Source: Nymphaea colorata
Lineage: Eukaryota
Direction of reading: 5' to 3'
Assembly: GCF_008831285.2 (NCBI RefSeq)
Contig: NC_045138.2
Span: forward strand, 17,732,001 to 17,796,000
Length of the DNA: 64,000 bases
Part shown: positions 11,533 to 25,269 of the stretch, one piece after another
Layout of the letters: each line of letters begins with the position of its first letter
Numbering within the stretch: position 1 is the stretch's first letter
The notes under the pieces: model-generated
The model's database searches: none
The model's input: the letters and a program-made list of their open reading frames with translations, nothing else
What the model was told of the DNA's origin: nothing
Made by a program: the position numbers and the translations under genes

Positions 11533-14201
11533 CCACCACCACCATGCTCGCAGACGCCTCCATAGCTTCCTAAAAGGAGGACGAAAAGATCAAAGTCAAA
11601 ACATCCCCATTTGAAGATGAACTGTAATTTCCTTGATTTTGTAAAAGTGAATGAGGGATAAATGTGAAAATTTGCTAAGGAGTTCCAAAACAGTCACAAA
11701 AAATTAAACAAGAGAATACATGCGTGATTGTCCAAGAATCCAAATACAAGTAAACAAAATTCGATACTGTGTTGGTATTGTGTGCATATTATTGTAATTT
11801 GAGTCTAAAGCCAGCAGAGCAACAAGAGATTAGCCGGATCCAGATCACGTTCATACCCAAACTGAGGTAGGGGGATGCATAGATTTTGCGTAACTGGGGA
11901 AACTTTTTTCTTTTAGAAAAAGAAAATGAGGTAACTTAATTGAATTGTTAAAAAGAACACACGGCTTTTCAAATAACCCTTTAGCTTGTCGGCCAAGGGG
12001 ACAAACACATGTGTGGTCTTCAATCAGCAACGGGTCATTTGTTTGAAGCTAGTAACCACAGCATAAAAAAGGAGAACTGTTTGTTCTGATCAAGCATCCA
12101 ACATAAAAATGGCACCAGATTCCATTCCATCGCGTTTTCTTGTCACTCTTATTTTCATATGCCCCTTCCAGTGTTCCGACACTGTTTGTTCTGATAAAAA
12201 TCAGAACCATTGATAGATGTCTTCGGCATGTAAATTTCCAAAAGTTACGGAAAACTTTCAAGAAGATTCTTAAAAAATCAATCATAGCGAGTTTCGACAC
12301 TATGTTAAAATATTATAACAAAAGAATCTGTTATAATATGGTACCAACTATAGTGTTATATGGTTCTGAAGATCTACCCTAAACTTTGGGGCAGGTTAAT
12401 TTAATAATAACAAAAGAATCGGCCTATTCAGCTGCTAAATTAATCATTTTTGGAAAACAAATAAATGGAAAATGCATTTTTCAGAAAAAGATAATTAAAT
12501 TCAAAATAAACCGTTAAAGAATGACTCATGGAACTACTGAATCCTCCATGGGATCAAATCAGGTCGCCACCCAAACAGATTGTCAAACTCTTGACATTCT
12601 TTGGACTTCAACCAACAATTGACATACTTCGGTTTTACCTCACTAGCTGTGTCGTCGGTTCAAGCGCAAAGACTTGACATTCTTTAACTTGAAAATCTTA
12701 ACCTAACCCGCTCAGCATGCGAACACGACTTACCTTGAGCTGGTGAAACTCGGTCTAGTTTTAGTGCCTAAAGATTCGAAATAGAGACCGATTTGGTTGC
12801 ACGCCGAATCCAGATTTTGAATCTCATACAACAATGTGGTAAATCTTGGTACCCAATATTCTTTTCTTCTTCCTCTAGTATATGAACCCTCCAAGAACCA
12901 GACCACTTAATAGCCTGATTTCATAATTTGGAGAATATGAAAAGTTGGTGATTCTCAATTTAGAATGTTTGCTATCTAGATTTGGAGCCATATCAATTGT
13001 ACATGTGCATTTGTCTTCTAGGCTACCATTTATGCACCATAAACAATCAACTGGGGTTGGCGATCCAAGCAAAGCTGTATTGCAAATTCGATGCGCTCGG
13101 ATTGGAAACAGTTGATCCAAATAGCTGTCTGTCTGTACCCGACCTGAAGTTTCGTGCTGAGGTCGGGTCTGATACTCAATCCAAACCTCAAACAATATCA
13201 GCCTTAATTTTGGATATGATTGAATTAAGGTATCATGAGTCAAGGCAAACCGGAGTTGGTCTTAATAGGATCTGATGTGATTGGAGTTAGATTAAAAGAA
13301 GCGATATTTGAGGTTTTGTAAATCATTTTTCAATGTCAGGTGAATGGCTGTAATTCTTCAGTTCTGAAAATAGTTGGGTTTATTTTTTTCTTATTTTTTA
13401 AGCAAAATTATTCTTAATTATTCTGGTTTTTTATCCAAATACGAGAAAATTAAAATTCCTGTTTTGTTTACTTTCATCTTTTCTTCTCACACATTTCTAG
13501 TGTTTTGAACAAAATGGTAGAACTCTAATAAATATTTCTAATTATTTGAAAAAATGTAATTTTTTTCGAAGGTTAGTTTGAAATGACATTATGCACTTGT
13601 TGTGTGAGCGTGTCAATTAGAAATTTGTTATAGAAAAAAGGCTATTTTGGTCATTGTTGCTCTTTCTTGGGCCCTTATCAGTTGTCAATTTTCGAATTTG
13701 AAGTCGGATGAGATATTCAATTTTGGAGGTTTAAGCGCATACATGAAGCCCATACATGATCCAGATCTGATGATTTTGTTATTTTGGAGTGGGTCCAAAA
13801 TTAGATAAGTCTGATCTATCGACTTCCCTGTCCTGGCGATGCAATGTTGTTTCTCAGTTATTCTGTTAATAGGAAGGAGGTTTATGAGGGGGGTTGAATT
13901 AAAATTTTTAAATTTTGTCTTAGATCGAAATTTCATTTTCCAAAATTTTTACATACAACAATTGTTTTAAAATTTATATATAAATAAAAAAAAAAAGAAT
14001 TTTGAAGCGGGGCCAGGGCTCAAGTGGGCCCTACCTTGGCTCCACCCCTATCTGCAAAGACATCAGATCTGTCGGATCCTTAAACTCATGCTATTTGTCC
14101 ATAATAATATGTTTTTTTTGTTGATTTTCATAGTTTTAAACATGAACAACATATTCACATGAGGAGTTTTTCTGAAAAAAGTGACTATGGGTTCAGGAAC
14201 A

Positions 14202-14239
<38 letters not shown>

Positions 14240-14333
14240 CACTAAATTTGGATCTTAATTGGACTTGGTATATCATTTGTGACGAATATGAATCTAAATC
14301 TAAGACCCAATAGAGATCCGGACAAATTATATG

Positions 14334-15146
14334 CTGTCACCTAAGCGCGGGGTGGGGGTGGCGGCGCGGCACATATCAAAAAAATTAGGTGTGGCGGTGC
14401 GGTGAGCGTATTTTAGTATTATTATTATTATTGTTGTTGTTATGATTATCATCTTTTATGGTTTGACCTTCAAAGTTTAAAATAAAAAAATTCAAATATA
14501 AATAGATAGTTTCACTTTCAGTCATAAATGGACAAATGCACATGCATAACACAAGTACATTAATCTACACAACTTTATTCATATACTAAAATCAGAATTA
14601 ACTTAGTCTCTTCCTAGTAGTTTTGAAAGTTTAAAGACCAACAAAATAAGCATTCCAATAAAATCAAGCTGATGTTAAGTAGCTGAATCAGTTTCATTAT
14701 TTGGGAAAACTAAAAGAATATACAAGTTGGCCATTTATTTTAGATTGCATAGCAAATGACAGAGTAGCAGCAGTTACAAAAGTTTCTAGCATATATTGCG
14801 AAGCACATCTAGGAGGGGCGAGGAAGACGTGGGCGAAAGACATGGGGCGAGGTCGACGCGGGTGAGAGACATGGGGCGAGGTCGATGCGGGTGGTTGGCT
14901 CTATTAAAAATTGAAAAAAAAAACACTAAAAATTGAACGAAAATAAATCGACTCTCGCATTTGACCGCACCCGACTCGGGTCAAATGAGAGTCGGAAAAG
15001 GACAATTTTAGTTGAGTGCATCAGCCACACCCGACTCTTGTTTTACCTCTTTGAGTGAGGCGAGTGCGAGGCCAAAAAGGGCGCACCCGCACTCGCATCG
15101 CGTTGAGGCAAGTGCGATGCAAAAAGGGCGCACCCAGGTGCCTTAG
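14334..15146. mobile_element. Probable non-autonomous hAT element (~813 bp)
   Basis: Flanked by the 8-bp direct repeat attatatg (14326-14333, 15147-15154). Imperfect TIRs (ctgtcacctaagcgc vs ctaaggcacctgggtgc). GC-rich subterminal repeats (gggcgcaccc, cacccgactc). Confidence 0.6.
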
Positions 15147-16265
15147 ATTATATGTAAATTAACTAGATAAAAACTTACTTGTTACGGAGATTCAAGTCCA
15201 TATTCCAATTCAAGCAGTTATACGGTTAAAGTTGAATCTGAATCTTTGACTCTACCAAGATCCAACTTTATTATCTGTGAAGCTAAAAAACTTCTTGGTT
15301 CAAGACGTTCATGTCCAAATTGTGGTTTGAGCGGTTATCCAACCACATAAGATCCGAATTCCGATCACAAATACAAATATTTTACATCCCTAATTGCGTG
15401 GGGCGAGAAGGATATAGGATTAATCTTGTGGGAAGACAAAAAATTTCCCTTATTTACTCTAACGATTAAAAGAAAATTTATAGAATAAGTGTATGTTTTT
15501 GCTTTATGCTTATTTATTGATTGGGTTTATGGAATTTTTTCATCTTTATTTTGGACAAAAGTCTTAAGTTATTTCCATAAGCTTTATAAAGTATAACATA
15601 GCTGGTTGGGCTGGTGGGTGCGAATATTGTGATTCATCAACTCAATTTATCAACTCAATTTCTGTATGTACTATTTCTGTATGTACTTTAATTCGAGCCC
15701 CCACATAAAAAATTTAGTCATATGCTATGTCAGCATCACAGTCGTGCCATTCAACTTGGATAGACGATATATTTGTCTTTGTAATGTTTGGCATAAGGGC
15801 TTACTCTCCGAAGAAGAAGAAATTATACACGAAAACGTAATCAAATACGTAATCAACCCTTCTAACTTCGAGTATTGTGCACGTCAAGCTCTTTCAAGCA
15901 AGATTGCTATTAACATATTGAAGTACTTGCACACAAATTGGACCATAAGATAGTTAAGGTACACACTAATTTTTTTTTTTTTCTCTTTATCGTGTGATTA
16001 AAATCAGCCAACATTTGAATCAAATTAATAACAAACCGACCTTATTTGACGGTCGATTCATGAATGGCATGCGCCAACTCCTAAATTTTTTTACTTATTC
16101 AGAATTATTATACATAAATTTTTTCAGAAGATAAACTTTTATTAATTGTTATGGATTCACGACCGATTCAGCATATCAGCAGCCTCGTCAATTTAGTTCG
16201 AGAACCAATTGTGATGACACTGCTTTTTTAGGTTGAGATAAATTTATTTCCAATGAGTTTTGCTG

Positions 16266-16317
<52 letters not shown>

Positions 16318-16578
16318 TCAAACTTGACTCCTTAAAGCTAACCAGAATTATATATATATATATATATATATATAATTCAAACTTGACTACGTAAAGCTAA
16401 CCAGATTTCTGATAAAATAATTCTTGTTGACCAATCAGACCCGCCCTCGGTCTACTGGCCAACTTGGTCCGGTCAAAAGGAGAGGCATTAATTCGTTGAC
16501 CAACTTGATTAACCAAATTTATACTTTTTTTTTCTTTAAAAAATATGCAGTCGCGGATCGTGTGTGCGAAGATGGAGT

Positions 16579-17005
16579 TAGAGATGCCAATGGATCATAT
16601 TTGAACTGGACATACTTTTTAGAGCATTTGTATTTTCAGATATTCACGCATTCAAATATAAATAAATATAAGGTATATCAGAATTTGAATCTTAATTCAA
16701 AATCTGATTTTACAATCAGAATCTACTTTTTACATTCACGTCTAAATTCAAATTTGAATTTTGAGCTAAATCAGGCCATTTTGAAAATGTAAAAGCATTG
16801 GATATAGGATATGTATTTAAAATTAAATTCAATCCCAGTCCAAATAGAAATCCAACTGGGTATTTCCAAATCCGATCAAATCTTTTTTCTTAAATCTAAA
16901 TGTCATCTGTTTACTTAATCTGATATTGATTTTTTTTTTCATACTGAATTTTTCAAAACGGATTGATAGGATATCCGATTCAAATCTGTGATATTGACAT
17001 GCCTG
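16579..17005. mobile_element. Non-autonomous DNA transposon/MITE, relative of 8576-9000
   Basis: Starts TAGAGATGCCAAT and ends TTGACATGCCTG (imperfect TIR). Inverted similarity to 8576-9000. Confidence 0.6.
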
Positions 17006-17301
17006 CCCGTAGCATAAAAGGTGGTGGGCTGCAAACGCGATCTTCTTTCATAACATATACTCTGTTCTAATAAAATTAAGGGGCATTTGATTTATCTGGA
17101 TTTGAAATCTATGGATGTGATATGGATATGAGATGCCATGTTTTTGTTGACGTGACAAAAAAATATATGTCTAAGGATCAAAAGATGTCTACATATATAT
17201 GAACTTTGACATTTTCTTCAACCACATTGTTTTGGGTTGTTAGAGCTCATCCGTATAGTCAACAATCTAACCAAACCACTATAGATAGATATTCTCCTTA
17301 C

Positions 17302-17304
<3 letters not shown>

Positions 17305-17378
<74 letters not shown>
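17305..17378. repeat. Compound (TA)n(GA)n microsatellite
   Basis: Read directly from the sequence. Confidence 0.95.
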
Positions 17379-17383
<5 letters not shown>

Positions 17384-20080
17384 AACTTTGAAATTTTACA
17401 ATAGTGGCATGAAGTAAATAAGCAAATTGATAAGATATATTTGACTGGCATAAGTTTTCAATATGGTTGTGTTTGGTTCCCCACGGATTTCAGATCCAAG
17501 GGAATTTGAAATCCACGGTTTTTTCAGATTATTGTAGATTTCAGCATCCAACCCCAACATGGATCTCAAATCCATACTGCAAGAATTGTGGATTTTAATG
17601 TCATATTCCACATCCAACAAGGTTTTGATAAAAGAATGTTATCCAATTCCGTATAGCAGTTAGGTTTTATGAATTTAGATTTAGTAAAATATATTTTTAT
17701 TGAGTTAAATATATGTTTTTCAGCACGCGAAGGAACTTACATATCGCAACGTCAGCTACATTTTCCTATCCCATTTAATAACTGAGTTGAAAAATAACGT
17801 TTTATTCACTACGTAATTGACTCAAAATATTTATACATGTTCATAAGGTTTTTTTTTTTTTCGTTAAGAAGGTACAACCGTTCAGCTTCCAAGTTTTAAA
17901 ATGACCATTAAATGAATCCCAAGCCCATGACCCCCCATTTGCAATTTTATTATTATAAATACCCAGGTGATGGGAGATTTTGCAAACCAAAGAACTTAAA
18001 TTTTTTGTTAAATTTATCTCTTTTTGTATTGAACATTCAACGGAAAATATTTAATTAAAAAAAAAAAGTAAAAATTCACTTATCAAATGTGAGTGTTGAA
18101 TGTTGCCAGGTTAAAAAGTAAAAATATATTGCCAAAAAACAATCGTCACATGAGCATTAGCCATAATTTATGGTGTAGTTTTTTACTGCAAATGTTTATC
18201 TGAATCTGAATCATTTGTGGTAGATATAGATGATCTCGACCTCCTTGTTTACCGGGATAGATATGGCGAGATTTCCAAGTGTCACATATTCATCCGGATT
18301 CCAAATGCAAGCGCAATAAGATAATAATCACATTATTATTATTATTACTATTTTTAATTCCATGGTTTATCAAAAACACTCAGCTCTTCCAAGTAAGGGG
18401 AAATCAGATTTTTGAAATACCAGGAAGCCAAAAGCTGTTATAAAAGATTATAATTTTGTATATATCTATGTATATGGATTTGAGATCGGATCTGAGGCTC
18501 TGACTTTGGATTAAATATGCTCTCAAATCCACCTCAAGAAATATCGGATCTCGGGTCAGATCTGCTTTTGCATTTGAGACATGACGTCGTTGGTGGCTCC
18601 TTGGCTCTGTAAATTCATTCACTAATTGGATCTGGTAAATTCAGGTCTGGATTCAGAAGCGACTTCCTTTACACAATAAAAGATTCAAGATCCGAGTTCA
18701 GACAGATTAGCATCAGGCAATGGTCGGACTCAAATGCAAAACCAAAAACCAAACTGAATCCAATCACTATTTCAGAACCTATGTTATTCATTCGAAATTG
18801 GATCCAGATTGGGGCTGATAATCCGGTGTGAAGTCTAAATCCAATTATAGTGGATCCCTATCCGCTATACAGTGCCCCGGTAAAGTCGGACGCCCCATTT
18901 GGGTTGAAAAGGGAAGCAGGAAAGAAGGGGCTGATCAAAATTAGGAGCCTTCGTCACGTAATAGAAGTCTCTGCTGTAAAACGTCGTCTATTTTGGGCGA
19001 CACGCCTTCAAGAGGGAACGGGGTTAGGGTTAGGTTAACTTCCTCATCTTCGGATTGTTTCGACGTTCGATCTTCTCTGCTTCCTGCCGCCCTGATCAGG
19101 TATCTCCATCTCTATCTCTCTCGATTGAGTGTTGTTTTGTTTTGTTTTGTCTGTCGACTTGTTCGATGTGTTTAGTGGTTCCTCCTTTTTTCTTTGGTTG
19201 ATTGTGATTAGTAGCACGAGAGGATGAATTTTGTCGAGTTTCAGTTTGTTTCTTGAGTTCACTCATGTCGTTACGGTAGATTACGAGTGGTCCGAAAGGG
19301 TTTCCTTGAAAATGGCGAGGATTTTGGGGCTAAGATATGGGGTTTTGGGTGAATTTACGGAGCTTCTTCTATGAAAGTGAATTTTAATGTCTTTGGTTGA
19401 TACTAGATTAATTTGTTAAGTTCGTTGTTTGTTGCGTTTTGATTTTTAAGAGCCGATCGACATGAGTTCCTATAAGATTAGCGGAAGTTTTTTTTATGTC
19501 GTTTTGTCGCGATTAGGAGTCATATCTCTTTATTTCTTTTATCAATAATTTGTGTCGTGGACTCTTTTGTTTTTTTTTTTTGTCTGTGTCAAGTCTAAGT
19601 TTGTGGCTATGATCTTGTTTGTTGCATATTTATTATCGACATGGGAAACTTTTTGTAGATTATTTTTTTACTTGTACGCAGAAAAACTGTCCTTTATTTC
19701 TCTCGAGAAAATTAGCTTTGATTGGTTTTAATTTTTTGACGACGGTAACAGATTAGGCTTGTGAGCACTAATCTTATGAGCTAGCTCTTGTGATATTGGC
19801 ACTCGCATTGGGATTTTGGTGTTCTCAAGGACTTTGATGTTTATGTTCTCAAATTTGCCAACAGCAAATTTTTCTTTGGTGTTGGGACCGGTTCTAGCCC
19901 CCATTAGCATCTGTACAGAAGTCATGGAAATTGTTCATACTTGGTTTACTTGTTTGAAGATTAAAAATAATCTCTGGTTGTAGCATTGCAATTTTTTCCA
20001 TTGCATATTCATCCTGCAAATTAAAAACTAACTAGTGCTTTGTTATTTTCAGAAAATATAGATCGGATTTGTTTAGAACC

Positions 20081-21502
20081 ATGGAATTCAATGAAGGTGA
20101 CATCGTTGAGGTGTGGAGGAAAGACGAGTTGGCATTTGGCTCTTGGTGGTCTGCAAAGATCATTTCAACATATGGTCATACATGCTGTGTCAGATATGAG
20201 CAACTGGTTAATAGCGATGGGAATAGGATTGTGAATGCTGTAGACGTTGAGGATCTGAGGCCATTGCAGGCTCCTTGTCTTGGGGGTGGAGGGAGTTTGA
20301 TGGCTGGATATATGGTGGAAGTGTCTGATGGTCTTTGTTGGCGAGTAGTGGAAATTATCAACGTGCTTTCAAGAGAGTGGTTTCTTGTTAGATTTGGAAG
20401 CTCAGGTGAAGGCACAAAAATCCATAAATCAAAAATCCGGATTCCACAGATGTGGAATGACAGAAAATGGTCTTCTTTGGGGAAGGTACTTTCATTTTTC
20501 CCATCTTTGTTTTGTTTCTTTTTTTTTGGTCTTGCTTATGGCTGCTCTGTCCACAGTTCTCATATTTCTTTATCGATTTACACTTCTTCATTTGAGTGTG
20601 AAATTTAAGATGGATGCACATAGCTTCAGCCTTCATTTGTAAATGTAAAATACCCAACTAATTAATTTCTACCTTTTATAATGCAGGATGGCAGCATGAA
20701 ATATTCAGACGGAAGAAGGATGCATATTGATGAAAAATATGTTATGGGATTCAAAACTCACTCAAGAAAAGGATCTATAAGTCAAGAATGTGTCGGCGAT
20801 AATTTTGCTGGGGATATCATTAACCCACCCTCTAAGAAGTCAAAAAGAGTTCGAGGTTCTGTTCCTGAGCCTTGGCATGATAAGGCAAATGGCCATGCCT
20901 TGCATAAAAGGAAGATGAGAAGAACTGAAAGGGTGGGATCATGCAAAGGGCCTGTCCCAAATATGTTGCCTCCACTGCCTAAAAAGGTAGATGCTGTTTC
21001 TTTTGTGGAAACACATGTGGTTGAAAAACATTTGCATACTTCCCTTAATGGACAAACACCCGGTTCTTACATAATAAATGTAGCAAGGGAAGACTTGAAT
21101 GGTTATTCTCCTTCCTCTTTTGCTGAACCTGTGAATGCTTCTGAAGAGAGTAGGTGTTCCTCTGTTGCTAGCTGTAGCAGTGATAATTTACTATGTCGTG
21201 CCTACAATAGATCGAGAATGGGCATTAGAAAATCTGTAGAAAGTGACGATGAAAATGATGCTACATCTACTTGTGAGTCCCATACTGGGAAAAAATATTT
21301 GGGTGCTTCTAAGAAAGAACTAGCAGTAAACGTTCATGAGTTAGAGCTGGGTGCATATTGTTCTACATTGCGGGCATTTTATGCTTCTGGTCCCTTGAAT
21401 TGGGATCAGGAAGCTATCCTGACAGATCTTCGCCTCTCCCTTAACATTTCAAATGATGAACATTTGTCTCAGCTCAGAAACATTTTAACTTCTCATTGTT
21501 GA
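20081..21502 (+). CDS. Agenet/Tudor-like domain + C-terminal ENT domain protein (~406 aa)
   Basis: Exons 20081-20485 and 20687-21502, phase-0 GT-AG intron. N-terminal MEFNEGDIVEVW...GSWWSAKII (two Agenet-like repeats). C-terminal ELELGAYCSTLRAFYASGPLNWDQEAILTDLRLSLNISNDEHLSQLR (ENT). Probable 5'UTR intron ~19100-20052. Confidence 0.9.
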
Positions 21503-22309
21503 CTAGATGATGGCTAGGGGTTGAGCATCAATTTTGCTTGTAAATTCTTTCCTTGCAATGGTGGAAAGTGCCATTGCAGCGATGATGTAAAAAGAAAAGG
21601 AAAAACTAGTGCTTGTGCTCTTCAATAAAATTGTTCTCTAGTATCATTTCAAAAGTTTATGTTCTCTATTTACTATTCTTTTTTCTGGGTTTTGTTCTTT
21701 CATTATGTGACATTATATTTCTCTATTGTCTTGTGCCTCTCGTTCTTTCATCGCGTCTTTAAGCCTTCCTCAATTATTACATGGTGCTGATTGCACTAAT
21801 GTGAATGAATATGAAAAGATTTGGTCTGTTTTACTTCTATTCAGGACCCATGTAATATATTTCAAATCAAAGGGGTTATTTGTGTTGTTAACATTTACAT
21901 CTGAACTATTTGCATTAAGGTTTTGGTAATCGGTCAGCTTAAACATCAGTTTGACTAAGATGGCAACACATTTCGTTGATTTTGGCCTTTGCCATCTGGA
22001 AGCTTTAATTAAAACAAATAATTGTCAAAAATCCACCTGCTCATGGTTGCTACGATCTTTTCATGGTGTAGCATTTGGATCTTCTGCGTGGTCCATCTCG
22101 ACCAGAATTACACTGCACAAGCTGATGTATCATTTTGGACATTGGTCCAATCAATATTAACACGAGGAACATGAAAGTACACTGATGACCATAAGGACTC
22201 TCTGTGCATGCGGCAGATGTGCAAAGAGAATGTTCTAAGAATATGTAAGCTTTGAGAATATAAATGTGCATATCTATGCATCAGTGTGTGTATTGGAAAA
22301 CCACCCAAG

Positions 22310-22344
<35 letters not shown>

Positions 22345-24123
22345 TCCACACACACAAACAACATATGCACCAAAAGAAAATTAAAACCGCTTGAATTTTT
22401 ATTAGTTTCAGATAAGTGACTCTAACTGGTTCATTGCTTAATTGAGTTTTTTCAAATATTTCTGCATATTCAACATGTGTATTAGATTCATGCATATCAA
22501 TTTTTAGTTGGTCTTTCACTTGTGGGTCTTACACAATTTTCGGTATCTTTGTGGCATAGTAGGAAAGGTTCTATGTTTAGCACACCACGTGGATGTGCAG
22601 CTGAACAGAAAGGGCATTGTTGATGTGGGGGATATCACACTTAGCTCTATTCCCTGCTCTTTCTGGTAAGTGGACTATATGTGGTTGTGCAACTTATTTA
22701 ACAAGTTTTCGCTTTCTCCGCCAGGCTTTTATTCGTGATATTCAAATTTGTGTTGTGCAAGTTCAGATGGCATATCATAACCATAAGCAACAGAAACCAG
22801 CAATTACCAATTATTCTGGAAACTTGGACACTATGATGATTGATGAATTCACGAAAGAGCCATAAAGAATAGTACTTGTTGATATTCATAATCTTTAAGC
22901 CAGTGCCTATGCTTCTTCATTGTTCACTTCTTATACTGAACTGATTTCGTGGGGAATATTGATATCTTCTAATAGAATAATTGACCATGTTATTGATGTA
23001 TCTGCTTCTCCTGCTAGTCAATGGTTGGCTTATGTGTAGGTGCCTTAAAGTTGTTGTCCAACTTGTGGAGAAGCAGGCAGTGGTCGAGTCTCCCTGTTAT
23101 TCCATGTTACAGCTTGAAGTCATCCATCACCCATTCATATGAGTTGACTTTATGTTTTTTTTGCTATTTCATATACATGCTGGCCTCCATCATTGGGTAT
23201 CTGTAGCTGTTGTCTCACAACAAAATTGATAGGCATCTTTCTTTCATGGGTGTTATTTGTTAGACGTTTCTCATGGGCAGCTTCTCTTGATATATATTTT
23301 TCTCCCTCTTTTCTTACTGCGCGGTGAGAGGAGTGGATCAATAGACATGCACCCATATCTCTGTGTTTGTAAATACCTTGCAGTTTTTCTATATGGAATG
23401 CTTGGATGGTGTGCCCCAAGTGTTATGTTCTCGCATGGTCCTTGCTCCAAAGCCATCTCTGATAAGTTTATAAGATAGTAAGCAATTCAATGGATGTAAT
23501 TTTCAAAGGTTTTTAACAAATAACAATTAATCATTTTTATTTTGTAATATGGAAGATCAAGGACATAAAAGATCAAATGCTCACGAACTCTGTGTCTCAA
23601 GAAGTAATAAATTTATTTTTGAAAGCGTGATCAGAGCTTGAATTTTAACAAGTTAGTTGTGTTGAATCTATCTATGTCACCAGATTAAGCAAAATCATCA
23701 TAAATATCAGCAATATTTTAAAATATCATGATATCATAGAATTTCTTTTCATTTTCATACGTATATTAAATGCATTTTTTATCAGTATTTTGTAAGAAAT
23801 TAGAAATTGTTTTTTATAGGCTCAGTATGTGTTTTCATTTTTTGCTTTTAAAAACTATTTTTAATTATTATCAATTTTTAAAGTTAATAAACTAATAAAA
23901 ATCAATAATTTCATAAATTTTAATTATTGTTTATTTGTTTTCTTTAATTTCCTTTTTTGATTTTTCTCAAGAAAAAATTAAAGAACTTCAAAAAAATTTT
24001 CCAAGTACCCAAGAAAGGTAATTATGATAATAGGCGATATAATTGTCTTGTAGCTTGGGACCTTTGAGGCTCACCAAAAATTAGGGGAGACCCATCACTC
24101 TCTGAGCCTCTCTCTCTCTCTCT

Positions 24124-24163
<40 letters not shown>

Positions 24164-24199
24164 CAAAAGCACACATATTTCTCTTTTAACTATGTGGAT

Positions 24200-25269
24200 C
24201 AATATTGTTAAGTGCATTGATGCGAAGGTGAAGCAATGCAGTAGGCCTGTGAAACGACGCGTAGCGCAATGATGTATAATGATGCATAAACATCAGGATA
24301 AAAAAAATATCACGTTTATAATACTCAAAAAGAATGTCGAAACTCAAAAGTAGAAAACATGAAAAACAAAATATATCGATATATAGTATGGTTGTCACCC
24401 CCATAGACTAATCCGGTGGAATCAATATATTAGCATGTGTTGAGGATCAAAGCCCTTTCCTAGATAAACGCGGTGGGTGTGGGCTTTGGTTCATGCTCAA
24501 GTGGTATACTCCTTTCATTCGCCCCAATGAAAAGATATTTAGAAGTCTTTTGCCCTGTGTATATGGCTTTTCTAGATATATAATTGACATATAACTCAGT
24601 TGTTGGATCCATTATTATTTAAAAATTAACTTCAAAAAAGTTAAGCAGCCATTAACATTTCCTTCACAAAAACCTTTTTTTTTAAGCTAATGCATGCATA
24701 GAGGGACTTAGCTACATGTTTATGTTTATGTATGTTGAGCTTAGCTTAGCCTTATTGTTCTAAACCTTTTTTATTTTTTTTTATTTTTTCTTAAACCTTT
24801 TGTTTTCTTTTTTCTTTTTTTCATTCTAACCTTTTTTTTGACATGTTATATGTTTACTTAACATTTTATTTGTCCTTTGCCAATAAGGTGCATATGGGTT
24901 AACGTTTATTACTTTTGTTTTCAGAATTAATTTAAAAATTTATATTACTTTTGTAATTAAAAAATCTAAAAAATAAACAAATACAGACCTGTCCAAAAGA
25001 TATGGCATGCTGTTGCTGCAAACTAATTTCACAGCAATATCAAAGAAATAAACCATTAAAATGTTTTAAAAAATATTTAAGCATTAAAAAACATTAAAAC
25101 ATAAAAAAGTGTTTGTGCCTGATGTGTGCTGATGCTCCGCATCAGGCATGAACTGTGATACGCACGCATCTGGTGCTCTGCCATCACCTCCATGATGCGA
25201 TGTGCTTATGGGGATGATGCGCTATATGCACACCCATCACCATGTGATGCGTGCACATCTAATAACATT
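24200..25269. mobile_element. Degenerate non-autonomous DNA transposon (hAT-like)
   Basis: Imperfect TIR caatattgttaa / taataacattg, with gatgcg/cgcatc-type subterminal motifs at both ends. TSD only partly matches. Confidence 0.45.
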
